Source: Mobula hypostoma (lineage: Eukaryota). Taken from it: a stretch of DNA of 64,000 bases. Positions 12,571-24,570 of this stretch are shown here, one piece after another. The stretch is from assembly GCF_963921235.1 (NCBI RefSeq), contig NC_086097.1:3596001-3660000 (forward strand), in the 5' to 3' direction. The notes under the pieces are model-generated. The model searched no databases. It saw only the letters and a list, made by a program, of their open reading frames with translations, and was not told the DNA's origin. Each line of letters opens with the position of its first letter. Position 1 is the first letter of the stretch. Made by a program: the position numbers and the translations under genes.

Positions 12571-12608
12571 CAGTCCTGATGAAGGGTTTCGGCCCGAAAC
12601 GTTGACTG
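12571..12608 (+). ncRNA. Minimal type I hammerhead ribozyme-like motif of a Penelope-like element (best-preserved plus-strand copy)
   Basis: CAGUC-CUGAUGA-A-GGGU(UUCG)GCCC-GAAAC-GUU-GACUG has a 5-bp stem I, stem II and both core boxes, but no intramolecular stem III. Activity is not shown. Confidence 0.65.
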
Positions 12609-13389
12609 TTTATTCATTTCCATAGATGCTGCCTGAACTGCTGATTTTGTGTGTGTTGCTTCACATTGCTTATGTTCAGCATGTTTTATTTTCCACATTA
12701 AAGTTCAAGTTTGTTGTCATCCGACTGTACATATATATAAAACTAAACCAAACAATGTTCCTGTGGACCATGGTGCACCCATAACACATATATCACATAC
12801 AGCACATGAAACATTACCATCAGACTACAGACTGCATAAACACAAGAGGTTCTGCAGATGCTGGAAATCTTGAACAACTCACACAAAATGTTGGAGGAAT
12901 TCTTTCACCAATAACCTCCCTATTTCAGTTTTCTCCCCCACCCACATACTTTCCCTCTCACCTCGTCTCCTCACCTTTCAACTGCCACCTTGTACTCCTT
13001 CCCTCGGTCGACTGATTATTTTTTTCCATAGATGCTGCCTGACCTGCTGAGATTTTCCAGCATTTTGTGTATGTTGCTGGAAGTTATTTGACTTTGTTTT
13101 ACTTTCTGGATCCTGGAGTGGATTATTTTTTTGAAATTGAAAATAATATCCTATTGCATCACAGTTTGTTATTGAACCTCTATAATTCATGAAATGCAAA
13201 AATGTAGTGATTATGTGACTCTATAGCAGATTGCTGAGTAAATATCGCTTTGGCACTGGGATTATTAAGCTTTATTTGAGAAGAGGTCTATGTTTTTCAT
13301 CAAATATTATTATTTTGATAATATTATCAAAAATTGTAAACTCCACCAGCCATCATGAACATTAGCTTTCCCAACATCAGGTCAGTGCC

Positions 13390-14555
13390 AGTCAAGTGAG
13401 ATTTATTGCCATTTAACTATATACATATTGTATAGAATATATATAGGAATGAGACAACATTTCTTGGAACCAGGGTGTAAAGCACATGACACACATAACA
13501 CACGATAACTTATGAAGGTAAGGATGAAATCTACATATGAATCACACATAAATAACAAACCAAGGTGCATTAAAGTGCACCAAAGTATTGTCTGCTGTGG
13601 AGACCTTCAGGTTTCTGGGTGTCACAATCTCCCAGGACCTGAAGTGGACACCCAACGCGGACACTTATCAAAAAGGCTCAGCAGAGGTTGCATTTCCTAC
13701 GTCAACTCAGGAAGTACAACCTGCCTCAGGAGCTGCTGATTCAATTCTATTCAGGAATAATCCAGTCTGTTCTCTGTTTGTCCATCACTGTCTGGTTTGG
13801 ATCAGCTGACAAGAATAGACTCCAAAGAACCGTCAGGGCTGCGGAAAGGATTATTGGTGTGAAGCTGCCCTCGATCCAGGACTTACATGCATCTAGAGTC
13901 AGGAAGCGAGCAAGCAGCATCATTGTAGATCCATCACACCCTGGACATCACCTGTTCCAACTCCTTCCTTCTGGTAGGTGCTTTAGATCACTGTATGCCA
14001 GGACAAATAGGTACAAGAACAGTTTCTTTCCGTATGCCATCAGTCTTATGAACACTTGAATTTTAGTCTATTATGAACCAAGTCCACCTGTACATACACA
14101 GGTATACCTCATTGTATATAGTTCACGATTATTTGCACTATTGTTTTGTTTGCTTTTTGATTCCATACGGCGAGAGCTCAGGGAAACCGGCATCAAATTC
14201 CCTGTATGTGTCCACATACTTGGTGATAATAAAGGATTCTGATTCTGATTCTGATTCTGACTCTGTTTAATATTAAATATTGTAAGATACTGAACAGATT
14301 AACCAGGGATTCAGAATATGATGTGGCCAGCAGCTCAGACGCCTAATGGCCTGGGGGAAGAAACTGTTTCTCATCCTGACCAATCTTGTTTTTATGCATC
14401 ATAGTCTCCTGCCCGATGGTAGAAAGTAAGAGTGGATGCTGGATGGATGGGTGGGATCCTTCATAATACTAAGACTCTGTGTATGCAGTGCTCCTGATAA
14501 ATGTCCCCAATGGATGGTTGGGAGACCCCTATGATCCTCTCAAATATTCTCACTG
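13390..14555 (-). mobile_element. Rex1/Babar-like 3' end split by another Rex1-like insertion
   Basis: 14330-14540 on the minus strand encodes an HPSSI/GRRL/FFPQAIR-type C-terminus; its UTR and tail lie at 13390-13580. Confidence 0.6.
13586..14265 (+). mobile_element. Rex1/Babar-type LINE 3' end
   Basis: VETFRFLGVTISQDLKW...HFLRQLRKY...FYSGIIQSVL...DPSHPGHHLFQLLPSGR...NSFFPYAI and a (GATTCT)n tail. Confidence 0.88.
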
Positions 14556-14714
14556 CTGTGTTTTGCCTCCATACATCAAATTCACATTGTTTGCCTTTAG
14601 GAGACACTTTTTCACTTGTGTAGGTTTTTAACATCACTCTAACGGTAGCTGAGAAAACAGTCTGTTGTAGTCAGCCTCTGAAATTGTAGACAAAGCTGAC
14701 CATGTATCCAGCTT

Positions 14715-15131
14715 AGTCATAGTCATAGACATACTTCATTGATCACGGGGGAAATTGGTTTTCGTTACAGTTGCACCATAAATAATAAATAGTAATAGAA
14801 CCATAAATAGTTAAATAGTAATATGTAAATTATGCCAGTAAATTATGAAATAAGTCCAGGACCAGCCTATTGGCTCAGGGTGTCTGACCCTGCAAGGGAG
14901 GAGTTGTAAAGTTTGATGGACACAGGCAGAAATGACTTCCTATGACGCTCAGTGCCGCATCTCGGTGGAATGAGTCTCTGGCTGAATGTACTCCTGTGCC
15001 CACCCAGTACATTATGTAGTGGATGGGAGACATTGTCCAAGATGGCATGCAACTTAGACAGCATCCTCTTTTCAGACACGACCGTCAGAGAGTCCAGTTC
15101 CATCCCCACAACATCACTGGCCTTACGAATG
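14715..15131 (-). mobile_element. 5'-truncated Rex1/Babar LINE
   Basis: IRKASDVVGMELDSL...SHPLH...KSFLPVSIKLYN, near-identical to 22180-22470, with TSD AGCTT (14710-14714 and 15132-15136). Confidence 0.88.
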
Positions 15132-15696
15132 AGCTTCATTTTCAGTTTTACACCAGACTCATCTATTGTGATCCATATTATTATGCAGCTATCCAGTAAT
15201 ACTATGCAGCTCCAGGCATGACAGCTCACCCTTGTCAGCCTCTGTGTTGTTGATTCTGTTTTACATTCAGGCACTTTATGCATTTGCTTAGTTTTGTGCG
15301 AGAAACTTTTCACTTGTTGTGGTTTTTCTCTTTGGTAGTGCTTCCGTCTGCCTTGCACACTCTCTCTATATGACCTTGTCTGTGACACTTCCTGCAAATT
15401 TTTTCTTTAAAACAACAGCCTTTTGCATCATGAATGGATTTACCACATCTATAACATTTTTGGCATTTTGCACCATTCAGGGACATTTTATGTATTTCAC
15501 AATCTAACCTCGTTTTCTGTAGTTCCGCTGCACCCTTTGCTGCAGTCTCAAATGATATTTCAATGGTCAATACCCATTCTAAGGTAAGGTCTCTTTCGGA
15601 CAGTAGTCTCGTTTGAGTGCTTCGTCTATGCATGCCACATACAGACCTATCCTTTAATGCATTAGAAAATCCATCTCTAGAGTCACAATATTGGGA

Positions 15697-18600
15697 AACA
15701 TTGAAGCACAGAAACATAGAAATCTACAGCACATTACACGTCTTCGGCCCACAATGTTGTGCCAACCATGTAACCTACTCTAGAAACTGCCTAGAAATTC
15801 CCTACCGTATAGCCCTCTACTTTTCTAAGCTCCATGTACACCTCTAAGAGACTCTTAAAAGGCCTTGCATTCCACACACCCACCACTCTCGTGTGAAACA
15901 CTTACCTCTGACATTCCCCATGTACCTACTTCCAAGCCCCTTGAAACTATGCCCCCTCATGTTAGCCATTTCAGCCCTAGGAAAAAGCCTCTGGTTATCC
16001 ACACGATCAATGCCTGCCATCATCTTATGCACCTCTATCAGGTCTCCTCTCATCCTCCGTCATTTCAAGGAGAAAAGGCCAAGTTCACTCAGCCTATTCT
16101 CATAAGGCATGCTCTCCAATCCATCCTTGTAATTCTCCTCTGCACTCTCTCTATAGTATCCACATCCTTCCTGTAGTGAGGTGACCAGAACTGAACATAG
16201 AACTCCAGCTGGGGTCTGACCAAGGTCTTATATAGCTGTAACATTACCTCACAGCTCTTGAACTCAATCCCACGGTTGATGAATGCCAACACACCATACC
16301 CTTCTTAACAACACTGTCAACCTGCGCAGCAGCTTTGAGTGTACTGTGAACATGGACCCCAAGAGCTCGCTGATTCTCCACACTGCCAACAGTTTTACCA
16401 TTTATGTCATATTCTGTCTTCAAATTTTACCTACTGAAATGAACCACCTCACACTTATCTGGGTTGAACTCCATCTGCCACTTCTCAGCCCAGTTCTGCA
16501 TCCTACCAATGTCCCGTTGTAACCTCTGACAGCCCTCCACACTATCCATAACACCCCCAACTTTTGTGTCATGAGTAAACTTATTAACCCACCCTTCTAC
16601 TTCCTCATCCAGGTCATTTATGAAAATCACTAAGTAGAGGGGTCCCAGAACAGATCTCTGCAAAACACCACTGGTTATCGACCTCCATGCAGAATACGAA
16701 CTATCTACAACCAACCTTTGCCTTCTGGGGTCAAGCCATTTCTGGATCTACAAAGCAAGGTCTCCTTGGATCCTATGCCTCATTACTTTCTGAATGAGCC
16801 TTGTATGGGGAACTTTGTCAGATGCCTTTACTGAAATCCATGCACACTACATCTACTGATATTCATCAATATGTTTAGTTACATCCTCAAAGAATTCAAA
16901 CAGGTTCATAAGGCATGACCTGCCCTTGACAAAGCCATGCTGACTATCCCTAATCAGATTATGTCTCTCCAAATGCTCATAAATCCTGCCTCTCAGGATC
17001 TTCTCCAAAAACTTGCCCACCACTGAAGACAGACTTACTGGTCTATAATTTCCTGGGTTGTCTCTACTCCCTTTCTTGAACAAGTGAACAACATTTGCAA
17101 CCTTCTAATCGTCTGGTACTTCTCCCATCCCTAATGATGATGCAAACATCAATGCCAGAGGCTCAGCAATCTCCTCCTTACTATAGTAGCCCGGAGTATA
17201 CCTCATCTGGTCCTGGTGACTTATCTAACTTAATACCTTTCAAAATCTCCAGCACATCCTCTTTCTTAATGTCTGTACACTCAAGCATTTCAGTCCGCTG
17301 TAAGTCATCCCCACAATTGTTGAAGTCCTTTTCCCTGGTGAATACTGAAGCAAAGTATTCATTAAGTACCTCCGCAACCCCCTCCGACTCCATGCACACG
17401 TTTCCACTGTCACACCTGATTGGTCCTATTCTCACACAACTCATCCTCATGCTCTTCACGTACTAGTAGAATGCCTGGGGTTTTCCTTAATCCTGCTCAC
17501 CAAGGCCTTCTCATGGCCCCTTCTGGCTCTCCTAATTCCATTCTTAAGCTCCTTCCTTGCATCCTTGTAGTTTTCTAGGGCTCTAACGGTATCTATTTTC
17601 TTGAACCTTTCATAAGCTTTTCTTTTCCTCCTAACTAAATTTTCTACATCTTTTGTACACCATGGTTCTTCAACCGTACCATCCTTTCCCTACCTCAATG
17701 GAACATACCTATGCAGAACTCCATGCAAATGTTCACTGAACATTTGCCACATTTCTGCTGTGCATTTCCCAGAATCCATCTGCTCCCAATTTATTTTCCA
17801 AGTTCCTGTCTAATAGCATCATATTTCCCCCTACCTCAATTAAATGTTTTCCCAAATTTTCTGCTCCTATGCCTCTCCAGCATTATGGTGAAGGAGATAG
17901 ATTTGTGATCTCTACCTCCAAAATGCTCTCCCACCAAGAAATCTGACACCTGACCAGGTTCAGTTCCCAATACCAGATCAAGTGACCTGATAGAGGTGTA
18001 TAAGATGATAAGAGGCATTGATCATGCGGATAGTCAGAGGCTTTTTCCCAGGGCTGAAATGGCTAGCATGAGAGGGCACAGTTTTAAGGTGCTTGGAAGT
18101 AGGTACAGAGGAGATGTCAGGGGTAGGTTCTTTACGCAGAAAGTGGTGAGTACATGGAATGGGCTACCGGCAACAGTGGTGGAGGCAGATACAATAGGGT
18201 CTTTTAAGAGACTCCTGGATTGGTACGTAGAGCTTAGAAAAATAGAGGGCTATGTGTAACCCTAGGTAATTTCTAAGGTAAGGACATGTTCGGCACAGCT
18301 TTGTGGGCCGAAGGGCCTGTATTCTGCTGCAGGTTTTCTATGTTTCTAAGTACAGCCTCTCCTCTAGTTGGCTTATCCACATATTGCATCTGGAAACCTT
18401 CCTGGACACACCTAACTAACTCCACCCCAACTAAACCCCTTGTGCTAAGAAGATTCCAGTCAATATTAGGAAAGTTAAAATCACCCATCACAACAACCCT
18501 ATTATTATTGCACCATTCCAGAATCTGCCTCCCTATCCACTACTCAATGTCTCTGTCAATATTGTGGGGTCTATAAAAACACCCATTTGAGTTATTGCCC

Positions 18601-18840
18601 CCATCTTGTTTCTGACTTCCACCCACAATGACTCAATAGACAATCCCTCCATGACTTCCTCCTTTTCTGCAGCTGTGACACTGTCCCTGATTAGCAGTGC
18701 CACTCCCCCACCTCTTTTGCCTCCCTCCTGATCCTTTTTGAAACATCTAAGGCCCAGCACACTCAGCAACCATTCCTACCCCTGAGTCACCCAAGTCTTT
18801 GTAATGGCCACAACATCGTAGATCCACATCTTGATCCCAA
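15697..18840 (-). mobile_element. CR1 LINE ORF2 pseudogene inserted in the Gypsy gag
   Basis: GGGVALLIRD, MGDFNFPNIDW, NYRPVSL, QHGFVKGRSCL, KFTHDTK and RPQLEF, with a tail near 15700-15725. Confidence 0.92.
17983..18347 (+). mobile_element. CR1 3' fragment nested in opposite orientation
   Basis: DLIEVYKMIRGID...RGHSFKV with a TTTCTATG tail, interrupting the host APE region. Confidence 0.85.
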
Positions 18841-19357
18841 GCTGAAAGTTTGCACTGTTCTGAGATGCTTTCATCCCTTGACTGATTCATTTTGTAAAAT
18901 CTAAATCTCTCAGCTATTACCAGCAATTTAGGTCTCAAGTGATTTTGTGAAATAGTAGCAATTTCATTGAACATCTTGCTTGCTGGCTTTTCAGGGGTTG
19001 CTAAGTTGCCAAAGAGATTGTATGTCGTAGGACCATTAAGCTAAGTAGTGCGGGGACTTTTTTTTGTTCCTCCATGTTGTTTGCATTACAATACACTCCC
19101 ACACTCTTGATATATGACTCCCAGCCTTCATTAGCACTTTCCTGACTGAAACCATTGCCACGTTATTTTCGCTTTAACTTTGCTAGTTGCATCTTTGACT
19201 GTGTACTCTGCAGGCAGTTACTCAGGCATCCCTTTCTTAGCATCCATGATAACCTTTGTACTGTTTAACTTTGGCTGGTTCGTCTTGTAACTCTCAGGGC
19301 AGTTGGTGATATTCTCTGACATTCAGGTTCATACTTGTCTTCAATTTGTTGTGATGC

Positions 19358-19716
19358 ATCAAGGATATCTTCGAAAGGTGGTGCCTCAAGAGGGCAGCAT
19401 CAATCATTAAGGTCTCCCATCACTCAGGACTTGCTCAGCTCTCATTTCCACCATCAAGGAGAAGGTATAGAAGCCTGAAGACACACACTTCAGAAACAAC
19501 TTTTCTGATTGGGCAATGAACCCACGAACACGACCTCATTATATTTTTCTTTTTTTTTTGTTCTCTTTTTGCACTACACAATCTATTTTTCTATATATTT
19601 GATGGTAATTTAGAGTTTTTACTTTATTTTATTATTATGTATTGTAATGTACTGCTGCTGTAAAACAATACATTTCACAACATATGCCAGTGATATTAAA
19701 CCTGATTCTGATTCTG
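19358..19716 (+). mobile_element. Rex1-like 3' end
   Basis: AASIIKVSHH...RRRYRSLKTHT and an aaacctgattctgattctg tail. Confidence 0.7.
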
Positions 19717-20414
19717 GTATTAAAGTGGTTACATTCTCATTAGCTTTAACAGTAAGTATTCACTTGATTTTACATTGTGTATGTCTGTGGATGTATTCAT
19801 TTGTAGTACTGAAAGGACTGAGTGATGTGATAGGTTAGAAAGCTGTGTGCTTCAGACACTTGGGACTTGAGATTGACAGAGGCAGCAAACGACTTCTCTT
19901 TGAGGTGCTTTCTCAATATTATCAAATTTTCCCAGCAGTTAAGCATTTCCCAATGAAATTACATTACAGAACTATTCATTCAGACCTCATCTTCAATAAG
20001 ACTCAAAAGTCATTAAGATCTCATCGCCCACATGTATAATGAATTGGAGCTGCCAAAGGTGTCACCTTATCCATTAATGGTTCAAATGTGCCTCATTCAG
20101 ACCCTTATATCTGCTGGCAAAAAGAGCTATTAATAACAAATACTTTAGATTAGACTGGTGTGTGACTCAGACCTATAGTGATCACATCTGCCGCGGTAAG
20201 TGAACTCTTGCACTGGACAACAATTTTTTTCAGAAGCGTTGCTTCCTCAGAATTTTTTTATTTATGATAGACTTCTTGAAGCTGAACACAAATATACTTT
20301 CAGACTACTTGTATCACATAGGAACTTGGAGAAACAAGAAATTAACTTTTATCAAATATGATACATTTAATTGCATAACATTGCTGATGCATTACAATAG
20401 TTCAACTAAGCTAA

Positions 20415-22185
20415 AAATGTTTTGTTGATGATTTTCATTGCTACTCAGTGTCTGACACTTTTTGCTTACGTGTCCAACAATAATCAGCCAGCAATGATGG
20501 ATTCTAGTTGCCCTGATACTGTTTCTCCATGACCGCAATGTCCTGGTGAAACCTTTCACCATGCTTGTCACTGACAGCATCGAGATTTGCAGGGAAGAAG
20601 TCTAAATGGGAATGCAGAAAATGAATTTTCAGTGACATGTTTAGTGAGCATCATCAACGGGGACGGGAGAGGTTCCAGGGATTGGAGGGTTGCGGATGTT
20701 GTTCCCTTGTTCAAGAAAGAGAGTAGAGATAGCCCAGGAAATTATAGACCATTGAGTCGTACCAGTGGTTAGTAAGTTGATGGAGAAGATCCTGAGAGGC
20801 AGGATTTATAAACATTTGGAGAGGCATAATATGATTAGAAATAGTCAGCATGGGTTTGTCAAAGGCAGGTCGTGCCTTACAAGCCTGATTGAATTTTTTG
20901 AGGATGTGACTAAACACATTGATGAAGGTAGAGCAGTAGATGTAGTGTATATGGATTACAGCAAGGCACTTGATAAGGTACCCCATGCAAGGCTTATTGA
21001 GAAAGGAAGGAGGCATGGGATCCAAGGGGACATTGCTTTGTGGATCCAGAACTGGCTTGCCTACAGAAGGCAAAGAGTGGTTGTAGACATGTCATATTCT
21101 GCATGGAGGTTGGTGACCAGTGGTGTGCCTCAGTGATCTGTTCTGGGACCCCTACTCTTTGTGATTTTTATAAATGACCTGGATGAGGAAGTGAAGGGAT
21201 GGGTTAGTAAATTTGCTGATGACACAAAGGTTGGGGATGTTGTGGATAGTGTGGAGGTCTGTCAGAGGTTATAGCAGGACATCGATAGGATGTAAAACTG
21301 GGCTGAGAAGTGGCAGATGGAGTTCAACCCAGATAAGTGTGAGGTGGTTCATTTTGGTAGGTCAAATATGATGGCAGAATATAGTATTAATGGTAAGACT
21401 CTTGGCAGTGTGGAGCATCAGAGGAATCTTGGGGTCTGAGTCCATAGGACGCTCAAAGCAGCTGCGCAGGTTGACTGTGGTTAAGAAGGCATATGGTGTA
21501 TTGGCCTTCATCAGATGGGGGATTGAGTTTAAGAGCTGAGAGGTAATGTTACAGCTATATAGGACCCTGGTCAGACTCCACTTGGAGTACCGTGCTCAGT
21601 TCTGGTCGCCTCTCTACAGGAAGGATGTGTAAACCATAGAAAGGGTGTAGAGGAGATTTACAAGGATGTTGCCTGGATTGGGGAGCATGCCTTATGAGAA
21701 TAGGTCGAGTGAACTCAGCCTTTTCTCCTTGAAGCAACAGAGGATGAGAGGTGACCTGATAGAGGTGTAGAAGATGATGAGAGGCATTGATTGTGTGGAT
21801 AGTCAGAGGCTTTTTCCCAGGGCTGAAATGGCTAACATTTCCCAGGGCACAGTTTTAAGGTGCTTGGAAGTAGGTACAGAGGAGATGTTGGGGGAAAGTT
21901 TTTTACGCAGAGAGTGGTGAGTGTGTGGAATGGGCTGTTGGTGATGGTGGTGGAGGCAGATACAATAGGGTCTTATAAGAGACTCCTGGATAGGTACATG
22001 GAGCTTAGAAAAATAGAGGGCTATGGGTAACCCAAGGTTATTACGAAAGTAAGGACATGTTCGGCACAGCCTTTTGGGTCGAAGGGCCTGGATTGCACTG
22101 TATGTTTTCCATGTTTATGTTTCCATGTTGCAATTCATGGTTTTGTGTGCTTGATGCATGTCGTCTCGCAGTTGCATGTAAATTA
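20415..22185 (-). mobile_element. Chapaev-type (CMC) DNA transposase C-terminal remnant (20415-20641 and 22124-22185), split by a CR1
   Basis: The joined minus-strand translation is MQLRDDMHQAHKTMNC|NMSLKIHFLHSHLDFFPANLDAVSDKHGERFHQDIAVMEKQYQGN*NPSLLADYCW. CATGTT is present at both junctions. Confidence 0.7.
20642..22123 (+). mobile_element. 5'-truncated CR1 LINE
   Basis: DWRVADVVPLFKK, NYRP, QHGFVKGRSCL, SGVPQ and KFADDTK, with a 3' UTR and TTTCCATG tail. Confidence 0.92.
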
Positions 22186-22694
22186 TGAAATACGTCCAGG
22201 ACCAGCCTATTGGCTCAGGGTGTCTGACCCTCCAAGGGAAGAGTTGTAAAGTTTGATGGCCACAGGCAGGAATGACTTCCTATGACGCTCAGTGTTGCAT
22301 CTCGGTGGAATGAGTCTCTGGCTGAAAGTACTCCTGTGCCCAACCAGTACATTATGTAGTGGATGGGAGACATTGTCCAAGATGGCATGCAACTTAGACA
22401 GCATCCTCTTTTCAGACACCACCGTGAGAGAGTCCAGTTCCATCCCCACAACATCACTGGCCTTACGAATGAGTTTGTTAATTCTGTTGGTGTCTGCTAC
22501 CCTCAGCCTGCTACCCCAGCACACAACAGCAAACATGATTGCACTGGCCACCACAGACTCGTAGAACACCTTCAGCATCGTCCGGCAGATGTTAAAGGAC
22601 CTCAGTCTCCTCAGGAAATAGAGATGGCTCTGACCCTTCTTGTAGACAGGCTCAGTGTTCTTAGACCAGTCCAGTTTATTGTCAATTCGTATCC
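22180..22694 (-). mobile_element. Rex1/Babar LINE 3' part
   Basis: 163-aa ORF IDNKLDWSKNT...YFLRRLRSFNIC...FYESVVASAIMFAVVCWG...SHPLH. Confidence 0.9.
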
Positions 22695-22932
22695 CCAAGG
22701 GGGATATTAGAGGAAGGTTTTTTACTCAGAGAGTGGTTCGTGCGTGGAATGCACTGCCTGAGTCAGTGGTGAAGACAGATACACTAGTGAAGTTTAAGAG
22801 ACTACTAGACAGGTATATGGAGGAATTTAAGGTGGGGGCTTATATGGGAGGCAGGGTTTGAGGGTCGGCACAACATTGTGGGCCGAAGGGCCTGTACTCT
22901 GCTGTACTATTCTATGTTCTATGTTCTATGTT
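22695..22932 (+). mobile_element. CR1 3' tail fragment
   Basis: Near-identical to 50451-50678, with a (TTCTATG)n tail. Confidence 0.85.
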
Positions 22933-22965
22933 AAAATATTTTTAAGACAACACATTGTTGCATGA

Positions 22966-23910
22966 ATTTCAAAGTTCAAAGTAAATTTATTATCAAGTAT
23001 ATACGTAGATGACATCATCATTTTCACATGGACATTCTGAGTGAATACAAAGAAACAATAGAATCAACAGCCAATGAGCAAAAAAAATCAACAAACTCTG
23101 CAAATACAAAAAAGAGGGAAACGAAGTAATAACAATAGTATCAAGAACATGAGATGAGGAGTCCTTGAAAGTGAGTCCGTAGTTTGTGGGAACAGTCCAG
23201 TCATGCGATAAATTCAGTTTACTGAACTTATCCCCACTGGTTCAAGAGCCTAATGGATGAGCGCTAACAACCGTTCCCTGAACCTGATGGTGTGGGCGCT
23301 GAGGTTCCTGGATCATCTTCTGATGCCCGCAGTGAGCAGAGAGCATGACCTGGGTGTTGGGGATCCTTGATGATTGAACTCCTTTCCTGTGATAGTGCTC
23401 CATGTAGTGGGGAGGGCTTTAGCCATATCCACTACGTTTTGTCGGATTTTCCATACAAGGGCATTGGTGTTTCCATACCAGGCTGTCATGCAATCAGTCA
23501 GTATACTCTCCACCACACGCCTACAGAACTTTGTCAAAGTTTTAGATGACATGCCCAATCCTCGCCAGCCTCCAAGACAGAAGAGGCGGTGTCATGCTTA
23601 CATATGAGCAGGCCCCAGGCCAGATCCTCTGAAATGAGAACACGGAGAAATTTAAAGTTGCTGTCTCTGATCGGCCAGTCAGAACTGGCTCAAGGAACCC
23701 CAGGTTTCCTCCTCCTGAAGTCAATGATCATCTTCTTTGTCTCGCTGACTTTGGGTAAGAGGTTGTTGCTGTGACACCACTCAGCCAGAACTTCAATCTT
23801 CAATCTCCCTCCTATATGCTGATTCATCACCACCATTCATTTGGCCAATGATAATGGCGTCATCAGCAAAGTTAAATGTGGCATTGGAGCTCTGCTTTGC
23901 CACACAGCAG
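22966..23910 (-). mobile_element. Decayed Rex1-like LINE 3' part
   Basis: FADDA, TKKMIIDFRR and TKFCRRVVESILTDCMTAWYG, with a (TTTGAAC)n tail at 22966-22985. Confidence 0.75.
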
Positions 23911-23947
23911 TGGATCCATAATGCTTCTCCGACAGGAGGTTGACAGA

Positions 23948-24205
23948 GGTGCCACAGTGGTGTAGCAGTTAGTGTGATACTGTTACAGCTTGGGGCATTG
24001 GAGTTCCGAGCTCAACTCCTACCGTGAGTTTTCTCCCGGTGCTCCCATTTCCTCCAACAGTCCAAGGGTGTACCAATTAGTAGGTCAATTGGTTACTGTA
24101 ATGTAAGTTGTCCTGTGATTAGGCTACATTGAATTGGGGTTGCTGGGTGGTGCGGCTTGCTGAGCTGGGAGGGCCAGTTCCCTATTGTATCACTAAGTAA
24201 ATAAA
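23948..24205 (+). mobile_element. V-SINE (HE1-like) remnant
   Basis: tRNA-like head (gtggtgtagcagttag; gagttccgagc) and a V-domain-like ttttctcccggtgctcccatttcctccaacagtccaa...ggtcaattggttactgtaa. Confidence 0.7.
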
Positions 24206-24267
24206 CATTTCACCAGTTGAAAAGTTGGAGGTTAGAAAAACTGATAAGTAACTTAGCCCTTAATCCT

Positions 24268-24570
24268 GTGGGCACATGGCCAAGTGGTTAAGGCATTGGA
24301 CTAGCTATCTGAAGGTCATGAGTTCGAGCCGCAGCCGAGGGAACGTGTTGTGTCCTTGAGCAAGGCACTTAATCACACATTGCTCTGCGACGACACTGGT
24401 GCCAAGCTGTATGGGTCCTAATGCCCTTCCCTTGGACAACATCGGTGGCGTGGAGAGGGGAGACTTGCAGATGGGCAACTGCCGGTCTTCCATACAACCT
24501 TGCCCAGGCCTGCGCTCTGTTCCAGGCACAGATCCATGGTCTCGCAAGACTAATGGATGTGTTTACTTTA
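24268..24570 (+). mobile_element. tRNA-derived SINE with CORE-like domain
   Basis: A box TGGCCAAGTGG (24277), B box GAGTTCGAGCC (24320), CORE-like GTGTCCTTGAGCAAGGCACTTAA and a (TTTAC) tail. The flanks ccttaatcct/ccttaaatcct resemble a TSD. Confidence 0.8.

Larger units (their letters stand above)
10926..12661 (+). mobile_element. Penelope-like element 3' part (GIY-YIG C-terminus, pyrimidine-rich UTR, hammerhead module), split by a CR1
   Basis: LYIGEAHHKLGHHF...DEATLRVEKQHLVFHLG. The interrupting CR1 is flanked by the TSD CACCTCCA (11243-11250 and 12412-12419). Confidence 0.85.
14560..19160 (-). mobile_element. Gypsy-like LTR retrotransposon gag-protease remnant in three pieces (18841-19160, 15132-15696, 14560-14714)
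   Basis: WESYI...TYNLFGNLATPEKP...VIAERFRFYKMNQ | QYCD...LKDR...CYRCGKSIHDAKGC/CRKCHRQGHIERVC (two CCHC knuckles) | KMKLDTWSALS (degenerate aspartic protease DTG motif). Confidence 0.85.

Noticed and set aside
24268..24345. tRNA gene
   Set aside because: The A and B boxes belong to a SINE head that continues into a CORE-like domain and tail. There is no proper acceptor stem or T-run terminator.
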